DNA of 60,000 nt, taken from positions 86,492,001 through 86,552,000 of the forward strand of contig NC_087437.1 of assembly GCF_036321535.1 (NCBI RefSeq). The letters run 5' to 3'. Of this stretch, positions 26,021-38,360 are shown one piece after another. The DNA comes from Camelus dromedarius. Lineage: Eukaryota. The translations under genes and the position numbers were made by a program. The notes beneath the pieces are model-generated. The model was not told the origin of the DNA. It saw nothing but the letters and a program-made list of their open reading frames with translations, and did not search any database. Position 1 is the stretch's first letter; every line of letters starts with the position of its first letter.

Positions 26021-27737
26021 TCAGCTGCCATTTTAAGTGGAAAAGGGAGGTGCTTTGTAGTAGTGGAAGTTCTATTCTGTCCCTTACCAGAGTAAACCCT
26101 ACAAATGGTAGCACTTCTTTCTCTCCTTTAATCTAGCAGGTCTGACAAAAGAGTTTACATCCCATTTCTGAAAGTCAGTTTTATGGTATATTAGCTTAGT
26201 TTTAAGGAGCTTAGAGTATTTTCATATTCATTACTATCAACTTTTGATACAAGTAACCAGTGTTGTTTCTGCAACAGATACATTTTAACATACATTTAAA
26301 ACATATAGTATGTTTTAAATAAAAGGCTAAAATAAATATGCTATATCAAGAAAATGAAATTTCTGATTAGTTAAAACTATTCTACATTCAACTTTCTATT
26401 TTTTTATTATTTTATTCTAGTACTGTTTACTTCATTAAGTTTCCTAAAATAAAGATATGATACATTTCATGTGAAAAATGGCCAAGGTTTTAGAAAACAG
26501 ACAAAGAGATTTTTGGTCCTCACTGATCCAATAAGACTTTGCCTAAGCTAGCAAACCAAAGATTAAAAAATACATTATTCTTCCCACATTCCCCTTCCCT
26601 GCCTCCCTAAACTTCGAGTGTGGTACACATTTTTCTTAGATCTTATCTATGCAAATTGACCACCTGGTCTCTCAGGCAAATTAGTCTCGTTTTTTAAAGG
26701 ATAAAAAAGGAGGAAATGTAATGTTCTTTAGTTACAACTGACTTTCCTAAAACAGTTAAAAATGACTAATTAAATTTCAATGATTTATTCTTAAACGTTA
26801 CCTTGATAAAATTCCCAGCTCATAAGATAGCATTGTCAAACAGCAATAGAAATCCATAAGATATCAGGCCTAAACTCTGAGATAAATATCTTTCCTTACC
26901 AAAGGATTTTATGAAGAGTCCATGAGACAGAATGTTTGAAAGGACTTTGGTAATGAAAAGAATTATTATCACTCATTACATATATGAGTTTTAACTTCCA
27001 TTTAAAATCTGTTTCTTGTTCTACTTGGCATTTGCTTGGATGAAAATGTGGTTACTTTCACTTAATAGAATCCCTACCCCCTAATATGAGATTTATTACA
27101 GAGTCTTACTAAAATGGTATAAATATCAATATAAGATTCAGAGGGAAGAAATTAGTTCTAACAACTGCAGCACAGTTCAGCACTCAATCAATTTACATAT
27201 CTTGAGTTAATTTCTATTAAATATACTGTCGTTGCAAGTTCCATGTAAGCCTGGATGAGATATATTAGAATTCTGTTACTGTAGTAGAGCTGTTTATTTC
27301 TTGTGTACATCGTAGATCAGTCTCTCACTTCCTCAAGATTGAACTTTTTCTCGTTTCTCTGACAGAGCATGTCAAGAATTATAATGTGGTCAAGTTGCAA
27401 TGTGTAATATGCCTATCTTGGCCATCAGACAATGGGTTTTTTTTTCTTGGTTGTCCATTAAAAGTCAAAACATAAGATTAAGGATAAATGCCCATGTATA
27501 AATATCCATCATAATGCTGCTGCCAGGGATGTATTTATCAAGAGGATGTAATTAATCAAATGTCATGAATCACTGTCTTTTCAAGCTTGCTTCAAGAAGG
27601 AAAGCATATGCTTGCATTCCTGTTGGGAAATGAATGAATCTGAATCTATTTTCAGAACTGAAACTTGCTCTAATCAACTTCATAGAGTGAGATATGTTAC
27701 AGAAACTTGTGAGAAATCTACTTTTTTCATTAAACAG

Positions 27738-27835
27738 AGATAGTGGTTACTAATTAAGAAGTATCTCCTGGCCTAGGCCGGAGAAAAATGGTGCACGGAA
27801 AGGCTGTCGAAGATTTTGGAGCCGATATCTGACAG
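27738..27835 (+). other. Candidate spliced exon with retained CpGs and a short uORF
   Basis: Acceptor TTTTTTCATTAAACAG| and donor CAG|GTCAGT. Four CpGs in ~45 bp. Strong-Kozak AAAATGG at 27788 opens MVHGKAVEDFGADI*. Confidence 0.4.
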
Positions 27836-27936
27836 GTCAGTTTTAGGAAGTTTAGGCAAAGAAATGCATCTGCTTGAGAAAAGTGAAATAAAACCTTCCC
27901 TTTTTTGGGTCCTTTAGGTCACGTAAAATTGAATCT

Positions 27937-28160
27937 GGAGGATCTGGTGTAAAATGTGTAGTATCATTGAAATTTGCTGAGAATAAAACTTAAAGTGCTT
28001 TTACACACACAAATATGTGAGATGATGGATTTGTTGATTAACTAGGTAGAAGGAAACGTTTCACAATGTATAAACATCAGATCACCACGATATACACTTT
28101 AAATGTCTTCCAATTTTATTTGTCAGTTATACCTCAAAAAAGCTGAAATTAAACAAAAAG
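27937..28160 (+). mobile_element. 5'-truncated L1 3' end (L1MA-type)
   Basis: TTGAAATTTGCTGAGA...CAATTTTATTTGTCAGTTATACCTCAAAAAAGCTG. TSD AAATTGA(A/G)TCT at 27926-27936 and 28161-28171. Confidence 0.85.
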
Positions 28161-28279
28161 AAATTGAGTCTTTCCTATGTTCTGGGGGAAGTATATCTCC
28201 TTTTATGAATAGAGAGAAAGCCTTTGGGTGCTCTTCAGTACATAATAAGTTTGTGCTTGGTATAGAAATGATAAATCAG

Positions 28280-28510
28280 TGATAATGATGATGGGTAACC
28301 TATGTCAGTGCTTTCCATGTTTCAGGCAATGTTCTAAGTGCCTTATATGGATTAACTTGTTTAAATCTCACAAAAATCCTATAGTGAGGATACTAAGGCA
28401 AGGAGAACGTCAGTAACTTGCAAAAAGTTACACAGATTAAAAATAAGGAAAGCAGATTTCAGACTCCGTTAAGTCTGGCTACAGGACTTAGTCTTTTAAC
28501 TGCTATCTGG
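28280..28510 (-). mobile_element. MIR SINE
   Basis: GTGCTTTCCATGTTTCAGGCAATGTTCTAAGTGCCTTATATGGATTAAC...GAGGATACTAAGGC, antisense MIR. Confidence 0.75.
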
Positions 28511-29274
28511 AAGCTTCTAGTCAACAGTGATGACTGATCATGACATTCAGGATTATGCCCAGACTTAAGGGAAAAATAATTTCTGGACTAGGCTCCCTGT
28601 GGTGACAATCCTGGCCCTACCTACAAAGGGTCAGTTGTATAAAAGAGTCACTCTTTTTTCCACTCCTTCATATCACAAACATTTCTGTGCAAGGTATATG
28701 CTAGGCAGTATGGTGATAACAAAGATGAATGAGATGCTTGAGGAAGGTACAGATAGATGGGAGACATTGAAAATGACTATAAGGGTGGCAGGAAGTGATA
28801 AGAGCCACAAAAGGGTACAGAATTCCTCTGACATTAAAGATGAGAGGAAGAAATATTTTCTTTCAAGGAGTGGGCAGATTATTTTCTTTCCTGCATGTCT
28901 GAATGTCAAAATCAAGATCACAGGTACTATAACTATAACTATAACTTTTTAATATTAGCAGGGAATTTGACTCAAACATTCAGGTTCCATGGACAATAGT
29001 TCTTGGAACATATTCAAGTCCTCTGTATGTTCTCATTTGGGAAATCTTTTTCCCTTTATTATCCACACACCCTGAATTTTCATGCCATTCAGAAATGTAG
29101 ACATGGGTAATTAAAAATAAAGTTAAACATTTCTGCTTAAGTATATTGCTTTCTGATGGAAGGCATATTATTTTCACAGTCTGATTTTAGTTATCATTTA
29201 GTGAACTGGAAGATAAATATTAAATACTAGGCCCTAACTGGTGGATGAGCATTTTTGTACTTCTTTAACTTAAC

Positions 29275-29442
29275 AATCTCTCTCTTCTCTTTTTCTCTCT
29301 TTCCTTCCTTCCTTCCCTCTCTTCCATCCTGTTTCCTTCCATTCCATTCTTTGTTTCTCCCTCCCTCCATTCCCATTTTCTCTCCCTTTCTCTTCCTCTC
29401 TTCCCTCAGTCCCTTTTATGCACTTTTTCTTTTTTTTTTCTT
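29275..29442. repeat. CT-rich polypyrimidine tract
   Basis: Seen directly. Confidence 0.85.
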
Positions 29443-30997
29443 ATAGGAAATTCGGCAACTCATTAGACCTAATTATAATCAGGTTAAAAATGGTGGAGTC
29501 ACTTAACTTTTGACTTCATAAATAGATACCCATTAATAAAATGAATTTAAGTTTTAGTTTACATATCTATTGCAAACATATACATTTGGTGACAAATAAT
29601 TCATACTTTAAAATTCATGAATTGTACTGAAAAAAGAAGAACTCTCAATTATAATGTCATGGCAAAATGATCCTTCAAAACTTCGTAACTAATACTAAGC
29701 TTAAAAATTCTGATTTTTAAACATTACTATTTTTGTATTTATAAATTTAGTAAGAATTTAAGAAGTTAAGTAATTTTATAATGTTGAAATTTAATTAAAA
29801 TAACATGAAGCATTTTCATAAGAATATATAATGACATCTTATTCTGTATTTTAAAATATTCTTTGAACATTATTTGTGGAATATTTCTGACTCTATTCTG
29901 TAACAATAAGAACCAATTATAAAACTCATTTGAGACAAAAACAGCAACCAACTGAATTATCTAACCTGGATGTTTGCCAGCTAGCAGACATGATAAGTTT
30001 AAACCCTTGTGCTTATGTTGTTCTGACTATAAACTTTAAATGAACCCAAATATATTAACTATATTGATGTTATTAAATGAGATGCCCCTACTAGTATTAC
30101 ATCCATATGTGCTGGCTGTAATTGGGAAAAATTAGATTTAATATTTACAAGGAGTCAGGCCCCCAAAACAGCTGTTCCCAAGGCCTATGTCCCCTTTGGG
30201 CCTTTATACTCAAATGTCCCAGAGTATATATCCCTGCAATCCATTCCAGAAAGGATGAAGCACATTTTCAAATGGCAGCAATTGTAGAAAAGATCCAGAT
30301 TACAAGCGCTTTATAAATAATTTCATGGATGATCTTAAAGCGTAACTTTTTATTTACTCATATTATATACTAGCATATTCGTACCCTCAAAGCAGGCATA
30401 TACATAGAGAGAACATTTTAAATGACCACATGTTTGCACATAATGCAAAAATCTACAGCACTCATGAGGTCCAGTGTAACTGCCATGGAACTGGATGCTG
30501 CTTATAGTATTTCCTTCTCTAGTATTTCTGGAATTGTACGAATGGTTCATTATAGGCACATATTTTGTACAGCTCAGCTGGCAAAGTAATAGGCTAAGAA
30601 TGATAACCCATTTCAATGATGACTTTTAAAAAGTATTTTTCTAAACAATTGCTACTCTGTTATTTATATCTTAATATTTTGATAGAAAAATACTAATTTC
30701 TCAAAATCCACCTATGAGACTAAGGGCTACCTGTCTAAATTAAGTTGCAAATTAAATAAAGAAAATACATATATATATATATATTTCCAGTTGGAGGCTT
30801 AATAGAACTATGTTCTTGTGTATGTCTCTGCTTAATTGAGAGGGGAAATTTATCCCTGAGGAAAAAATAAATGATCCAATTAACAGTGAACACTTATGGA
30901 AATTGTATGCAGTTTTCCCCCTCATTTTGGACTTCTCCCCATCTCTCATGCTATCTACAGAAATTTGCTTTAAAAATGTCAAAATACCATCAAGAAT

Positions 30998-33900
30998 TGT
31001 AAAGGGTCTGAGAGAGGTTTTACACTACTTGAAAGTAAAGTTTTTAGCCTGAATTCTGGCAGAAAACATGAGACTTCTGTGTCAGAGACAAAGGACTTGT
31101 TACTCCCAGCACAGCAAGCAGCATGAGCTTCATGTATGTGTCAGTCCCCTCTTCCCCTAAGTCTCATGGTAGGGAGATGCAAAATGACCTGAGGGGATGC
31201 TGTGTATGTAGTAGGTTTGCATCATATCTGAGGAACCCCAAGCTTAATGAACCCCAATATTTTATAATAAGCTGCAAGCAGACCTGTGTAACCTTTGCCC
31301 TGTAAGGGGACATTATCTTTATTATATTTGAGGGTTTGTTTACTTTGTCTCGGAGGGAGACATTGGCTTTATCTGACAAGGCTATTTGCTGTGTAGATAT
31401 CCTTGAAAAGAATTTAGAAAAAAATTGTAGTTAGTGATAGTGTCCTTGCTCACAGAATGTGCAGAAATGTGAGATATCCATGGGAATTATCTCCAGATAA
31501 TTGCAATTCCTTGTTTCCACATCATCTTTGCTATGGCAGATATTTCCACGAGTACAACACTCTAATTAATCCAGTAGAAACTGGAACCATTTGGTTTGTC
31601 TCATACAGCATTTATTTAAGGCTATTCCCAGCAAGACTCTAAGTAGAAGGTTGGGGCTAACAAGCATTATTTACCTCAACCATGTCATCCCTCCAGAACC
31701 ATTAGGGTATCCCTTGGAAAGCTGGATGGTTTCTCCTTAAGTTTCTGTATTGACTTTTCCACTTGGCTTGCAGAATTAAGCCAGGTACAGAAAGATGTAC
31801 TAGAGATTGCTCAGCCTCCACTTTGTTCTGCAAAGGAGAAATCCAGGTCACGTCTCACATACATTATCAACCCTGGTCAGTGAGTTCAGGCTGACCTGAT
31901 GCCTTTCAGGCTTGAAGTAGTATTTCCTTCAGCACTGAAGGTCTTTTATGACCATGACTGAGGTGCAAGCAACCATGTTTTTAGGAAGGAGTTGTGTTTA
32001 TGACTGGCTTCCTCATAAAAATATTGTCCTGAGGGTGTCCCTGGAAAGAAAGTGTTGTTTATGGTCAGTGGGCCCCTCAAATAGAACCTACATTAGTCAG
32101 GGGGCACAGGTTGAGAGTGCTTCCAGTGTAGCCACCTGGCTGGATTATAGGCTATAGGGATCTAAGTTCAGTTTGAATAATTGACTCTGTTCCTTATTTT
32201 TAGAGGGACTGTTGCTTTTCCCACACTACCAACTGGTTGGCATTCCTCTGCCCAACAGAATGACCAGGAATCAGGGTAGGGAAAGACCTCAGAGGTATTT
32301 TTGGAGTTAGGACCATCCAGTGCTTTTTCAGATAGTCATCTTGAGAACATTAAGAGAAATGACAGTCAAATCACAGTCAGACTCCTCTGGAAGAGGATGG
32401 ATGGCTGACCTGGGATTCAGTTGACTTTAAGTCACTAATGTTAAGTTTTGAAGAGCTGCCCTGAGGCATTTTATTTCACGCAGAAGATTCCACAGGATGT
32501 TCTGAAAGAGAATGATTGTGAATTTTCCTTCTTACTCATTCTTCCTGGCATCCAAGGTATTGCCTCCTCAGGTGCTAAGATTATTGCTCTTCATTCATCT
32601 CCACAAAATCAATGTGTCCATTTTAGTAGCTATAAACTCACCTTTTACCTGTCACCCCCTATTTATGCCCAGTCTTTTTGTCCAAAATGATTAGTTACAA
32701 GAGCAGCAAGGGCATTTATATAAAAGTTACAGGTAGCTATTATGTACCTCATTTTGGCCTGTGTGGATTACTGTAGGAAGATTCAGTGAGCAGTAGACTA
32801 CCAAATGGTCAGTATCCTTATGATCTAAGACTGTGTCAAGCCAACAGGAGATCCAAGTGGCTGAACCTGAATTGAGTTTGAATCTCTAGGCCCCATTTTG
32901 GCTTAGCAGTCACCAAGAAGGTGTGACAACCTAGTCAGCCTGAGGTTGCCCTTAGGAGGAAGAAAGTAGCCTCATGCCCAGAAATGGTCAGAATAGAATC
33001 TCACATTTTCAAAACAGGTCTCTATACTACTCCAACAGTTTGGTCATCATCATTAACCAGGAAATGGCTGAGAGTATTATTTCCTTTCTGAGATGGTCAC
33101 ATTCAGTGACCAAACTATTTCACCAAGGTGTGTGGATAAGGAGAAGATCAGAAAGCTAAAGACAGGAAATTCTTTGGGTTGTTTATGAAATGGTAATTCC
33201 GAAACTAAGTAACACCAGATTCTTGGAGATGTCAGGGAATGTGGAAGGTCCATTAAGTATCTAGACTCTCAACCAATTGTTGAATAGATTTTGCAATAAA
33301 ATCTGAAGAGGATCCAAAAGAGAGGTACAATCTGTCCTTCATCCCTGAGAAGTACTCTCCAAGCCCTTGGAATGTCTTAGTGATAAAAATGTCTTTGTTT
33401 ACCTGTGGGCTTTGAGCCACAGTGCGATTTAGGGTGGAGGCTTTGGATCTTGCCATCTCAGTCTGTCTCCTAAGGGGACAACCAAGTTTGTGTGATCAAG
33501 TGCCAATAAAGACTCTGAAACACCAGGGGTCAGTTGAGCTTCTCTGGTTGATAATGCACCATGCCTATTATCACAGACAATTCTGGGAAAGTAACACCAT
33601 GACTCTGGGGAGAGGACAACTGGAAGCTCCATATTTTGGGAATTTCTTGGACTCTACCATATACACTTCTTCCCTTAGCTAGTTTAGTATATATCCTTTC
33701 CCTGTAATAAACAGTAATTATAATAGCTTTCAGTGAGTGCTGTGAGTCCTTCAAGTGAATTATTGAATATAAGCATGGTCTTGGGGGCCACTGAACCTAT
33801 AACTGGTGTCAAGTGAGGGTGGTCTTATGAATTCTGCTAACTTTGCAGTTGGTAGCAGAACTGAAGGCAGAATGCTGACTTGTGGGTAGCTGATACAAAG

Positions 33901-35697
33901 AGTCAAGTAGAATGTCCAAATGAGATAATACTGCCCCAGAGCCTAAAGTGTCAGTAATGTGTGGGACTCCTTTTTGGTTGTGGGGGTTCCAAAGAGACAA
34001 CAGTTTTCCTTTGATTTTTGGAGGGCACTGAGTATTGTGAATCTACCTATATAGTCCCAAGAAACTAATTTGCATGCAGGTACATGTTTTTCTCAGGATT
34101 TATGAGCCACTCCTGCTGAAGAGGTATGGTAATACTACATTAAGGGTCATAGAGACTAAGGCTTCTGACTTCCCAGGCAACAGGACATCATCAACATAGT
34201 GAAAGCTTTGGACATTAGAGGGTGGAGGTGTGTATACTAATTCCTGACCCACCCACTGGTAGGAAGTTGCCTGGGAGTTTGTCCCACTAACATTTCTTTA
34301 CATTTAACTGTTCCTTGATTGAGGGAAGCCACTGTGGCACTTCCAGGATGGTGAAGTACAAACATACAACACATCAGTCCTACTGTACAGTCAAATGTTG
34401 ATGTCTCTACATTTGAATATGCAGAGTACATGGAATTGGCCCCATAGGATCCACCTACAAAATCACATCAGATTTCTCCGCCTCACTATGAACTCTGTCC
34501 AAATAGCAACAATTGAATTTGATTATCTTCTTGCTCTGCAGGACTGTGTAGGATTGTGAATTGGGTGCCTATATCCAACACAGCCATAAACATTTGAGTC
34601 CCTCCTGTCTCTGAAGTTTCCCAGTGTACTTGTACAGGTGCATATGGTTTCAGGTATATGATGAAGAAGGGAAAACCTCAACCCACCCCTAATCATTTTT
34701 CACCATAGAGCAACTAAGGTTGAGGTAGAGGGAGGAGGGGAGGATAGAAGGACAGCGTGCATCAAGGGAGAGAATGATTTCATGCCAGTAAGCATGGCAC
34801 ATTTACTTTTGGTTTCAAGTGGTCCTAGAACGGTGCATGGCTTAACTGACAAGATCTTTAATATTTTTGACCTGCCCAATATCTGTATCAGGTGGCAAGT
34901 CCTATTTTAGGTGGAGGGACTCTTTGACTCATAGCTGTAACCATATTGACTTTCAGCCAGAGTTGCGATGCTTTCTGCCCCCTTGTCATGATAATATCCT
35001 TACCTGCTCCTGCCTGGAGGACAGTGGCCAACAGTCACATCACTATTGGAACAGCTTGATTCCTACCTTCATCAATCACTAAATTTCATTAACAAGTAGC
35101 TCAGTAGGAGATACTTCCTCCTTCTCAACTCCCCACACTCCTAGGCTCTCTACGTTCCAGGGAGTTTTTTCATATCACTAAATAGGCCTATGAGGCCTTA
35201 TTCTTTTTCTTCCAGAAAGTCATGGCTCTGTCAGAATCTCATCTGCATTGATGAGGAATACTAGTTAGCCTGGCATACTTTTATGGAAGCTGGAGGAAGA
35301 CAGGAGACTCCAAGTCAGAAACTAGGGACTTTATCACTCACAGCACAGCAGGGAACACAAAACGTCACGTTTGCAGTGGTGGACCTTACCCCCAACCCCA
35401 CCAAGTCCCAGGGTGATGATTTATGCCACATCCAAGGAACACTGAGCTTAGGGAACCTGACTCTTTTACTGTGCACTGCAAGCACATCTGGCCAACCTTT
35501 TCCCTGGAGGAAGCCATTATCTTTTTATACTGGACAGTCAATAAACCTGCATTGTTTGAAGGGAGATACCATCTTCCAAGGCTCTTTTCTATGAAAACAT
35601 ACTTGAAAAGATTATTTGGAACAAAAGGGCAGCAAGTGTCTTTGTTTGCAAGTTGTGCAGAAATGCTAAAAGTTCCTGGACAACTGTCTTCTAAAAA
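30998..35697 (-). mobile_element. Ancient ERVL-class element with two related LTRs (30998-31499 and ~35225-35697, MER54-like) and a decayed internal region
   Basis: The two LTR copies share GAGACT..GTCAGA..GGACTT..TCACAGCACAGCA, CATTATCTTT, CAAGGCT..CTTGAAAAGA and GTGCAGAAATG. Internal minus-strand gag-pro relic LKPYAPVQVHW...FMAVLDIGTQ at 34561-34653. Confidence 0.7.
33292..33855 (+). mobile_element. MER21-like LTR nested in the older ERVL element
   Basis: CCAAGCCCTTGGAATGTC, GGGGAGAGGACAACTGGAAGCTCC, CCTTTCCCTGTAATAAAC and GGTGTCAAGTGAGGGTGGTCTT motifs. Confidence 0.75.
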
Positions 35698-35757
35698 CTA
35701 CTTCTTAAAAGTAATGACCTTTTCTTTTATATTCTGACCAAAATATTACTCCAGTTA

Positions 35758-35905
35758 CTTTTTTTCTTTTTCATATATTATTATAGGTTACTACAGTATA
35801 GTTCCCTGTGCTATACAGTAGGACCTTGTTGTTTATTCTATACATAGTAGTTTGTATCTGCCAATCCCACATTCCCAATTTATTTAACTGGAGGGATAAA
35901 TTGGG
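35758..35905 (-). mobile_element. Short L1 3'-end insertion with a templated 5' junction
   Basis: TATAGTTCCCTGTGCTATACAGTAGGACCTTGTTGTTTA L1 motif. TSD ACTCCAGTTA at 35748-35757 and 35906-35915. Confidence 0.85.
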
Positions 35906-36077
35906 ACTCCAGTTAACTTTCATTCAGTAAAAATATGGATTAGAATAGAGTCTGCCATGGGAGAAGAATAAGAAGAAAGTGAGCCTGCTGGAGGTGGGCA
36001 TGTGAGTACGAAAGTGAAGGGCCACTGGTAGCTCAGCTTGCCAGTGGTTGGGGCATGCTGACTGGCTAATAAGGGAG

Positions 36078-36800
36078 AATTCATTGATTAATGCAGCGTG
36101 TATTTATTAGGACCTGCAATGTGCTGTTTGTTTTGGGCATACCAAAGCGAGGGAGAAGGCTTGTAAAGTAATTGATGCAATATCTGTGTTGATATGATGG
36201 CACTTCAGATAAGGGACTGCCTCTGGGGAGCTGGTAGGAGTCAGATAAAGAGCATGTGTCCTTATTCAGGTCTTGATAGTGCAGTGCAAGTTTTCCAAGA
36301 GTAATGCAGGCAGGAAGGGGAAAGGAATTCTACAAAGAAAGAAGTGTGAGTAAACTCAAACATCTACAGGGTATTTCAAGAAACATTTGGTGACCTGACT
36401 GAAATAAATCACAGATGAGAGAGTGGCATTAGGAGATACAACTGGATAAGTAAGTGGGGTGGGCCAACCTATGGCCAGTTGTGACTGCTATACTAAGGAG
36501 TTTGTGCTTTATCTCCAGGGTAAAAAGAAAACCTTGAAGATTTATAAATAAGAGTATGGCATGATCAATCTACATATGGTAAGAACCTCTTGACTATTAT
36601 AAAATAAATATGAGAAAGAATTGGAGTTAAGGAGACAGTTAAAAGGCAAATGTAGCCATACTTGAGAAATATATGAGGGGTATAGTCAAGCCAATAGAAA
36701 GGAGTGGACGATATTAGAGACTTTGGACATTGTCTTTTAGAACTGGATGACAAAGTGTACATGTTAGAGGAGCAGAAAAAAATGACACTGGTGTTAATAC
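36078..36800 (-). mobile_element. L2 remnant
   Basis: ATTCATTGATT..TATTTATTAGGACCTGC and TAAGGAGTTTGTGCTTTATCTCCAGG, antisense L2 motifs. Confidence 0.6.
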
Positions 36801-37864
36801 TTGTTCATTGGAAAAGTGGCCAACCGATGCCATTTTGATGATGATGCCACTTTGATAATGGTAGACATTTATAACAGTAAACTTGTTCAGTATTACAAGG
36901 TGAAGAATGTACTTGTATTAATGTTTAGAGCTTTCACTTTCCCATTCCATTTGATGCATTTGTTAAATGGCATAGATTGCACAAAGCTTTCTTCATTGCC
37001 AGTGTTACTCATGTTTGAAATCTCCTGCAAAAAATGGAACTGATGTTTGGATTTTTGCTTTTTTGTTTGAATCAACTGAAAGTGGAGTAAAACTATTTCT
37101 TTAAAATTCTAAGATCCAAAAAATATAGACCAAATACTCAAGGAATCACCAAAAACCTATAGCTGTATTGAATTTGAAATCAAATACCTAATCTATGAAA
37201 TAGTCATGAGAACTATATAGCTTTGTTAAATAATTTTGAAATCACATATTTCATTTCCATACTCAGAGGCTACTAATATTGCTCTTATAGTCTCAGTACA
37301 GTAGATAATAAGAAAGGAAAACTTTTTATGTACAATAATCAGTGGCTTCAAGCAGAGATTAAAAAATACAAAGAATCCTTGCAAATAATTAAACATCCTA
37401 ATTCTGGATAGTCTTTGATTAATACATTGGAAGGCAAAGCACCTCCAGAGTCTTGGAATGTGGCACTGTGATAATACTGCAGCTGATCTTTCATTGTTCT
37501 AGCTGAAGATTAATTATCTCCCTTCCTCCTATAAGATCCGTTTAGTGCCTTGTAAATTGGATTCAGCTATTAGCACTATTCATTTATTTCCTGTGAAGAT
37601 GGTTGAAGCTTTATCTACTTGAGTGGTAGATTTAGTATCACTTTCATTTCCTTCTTAGCTAAATATGTGTTCTTCTATATAGCTTTATTCTAATGTCTTT
37701 TCCTCACTTCACCCCCACCTCCTGAGACATAAACACAATACACATACACACAAATACAAAGATTTTTCCTCCTTTTCTTGGTAGCTTTCTAATAAATTTA
37801 TTGTATTTGTAAATGTCAAAAAAAGTATCACAGAATGAGGGAAAGATTTATCATGACTTTTAGT

Positions 37865-38360
37865 GAACCTGTTTGTGCTGCTGGACTGTGAAATTCACAA
37901 GTGTTTCTCAGTATTTTTTCTTCCCTCTTAGGTGAAACGAGATGGCTCAGGTGGGCCAGAGTTGGGTATTTTCCTCACTGCAGGTTAGTTAGGCTCCGAT
38001 AAAACCCCTGTCAGATTAGGTTCTGATTGAAAATTTTCCCTGAAGTCAGGCTTTGTTAAGAACATACTGTTCTCGTATATTTCAAAATATTTCCTTGTCG
38101 TGGAAGCATGGGAGAATTTTTCCCTGATATTTACAGTGAGAAGTTGGTTGGGCTCCTGGAGGTAAAACTCACAAAACATGGAGTTTTTAACTCTCAGACT
38201 TGTTTGCACTGAGTCTCCAGCAATTTGTCAGTTGCGGTTCAAGTTTTCCTACTCCAGCACTGGTTCCTGAGGGGGCTTTGAGTGGTTCACTAAGCTGTGA
38301 CTCCTTGTATTTGCTTGTCTCTCCAATCTTGGGGGCAGTGGTTTGCTCTGCATCCGCAAA
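37865..38360 (-). mobile_element. Old L1M 5'-end fragment
   Basis: GGCTCCTGGAGGTAAAACTCACAAAA...GAGTTTTTAACTCTCAGACTTGT..CACTGAGTCTCCAGCAATTTGTCA resembles ancient L1M 5' UTR consensus. Confidence 0.55.

Noticed and set aside
95..27841. Naming the host gene
   Set aside because: No recognisable coding exon lies in the window, and none of the candidate exons matched a 5'UTR I could recall. A BLAST search is needed.
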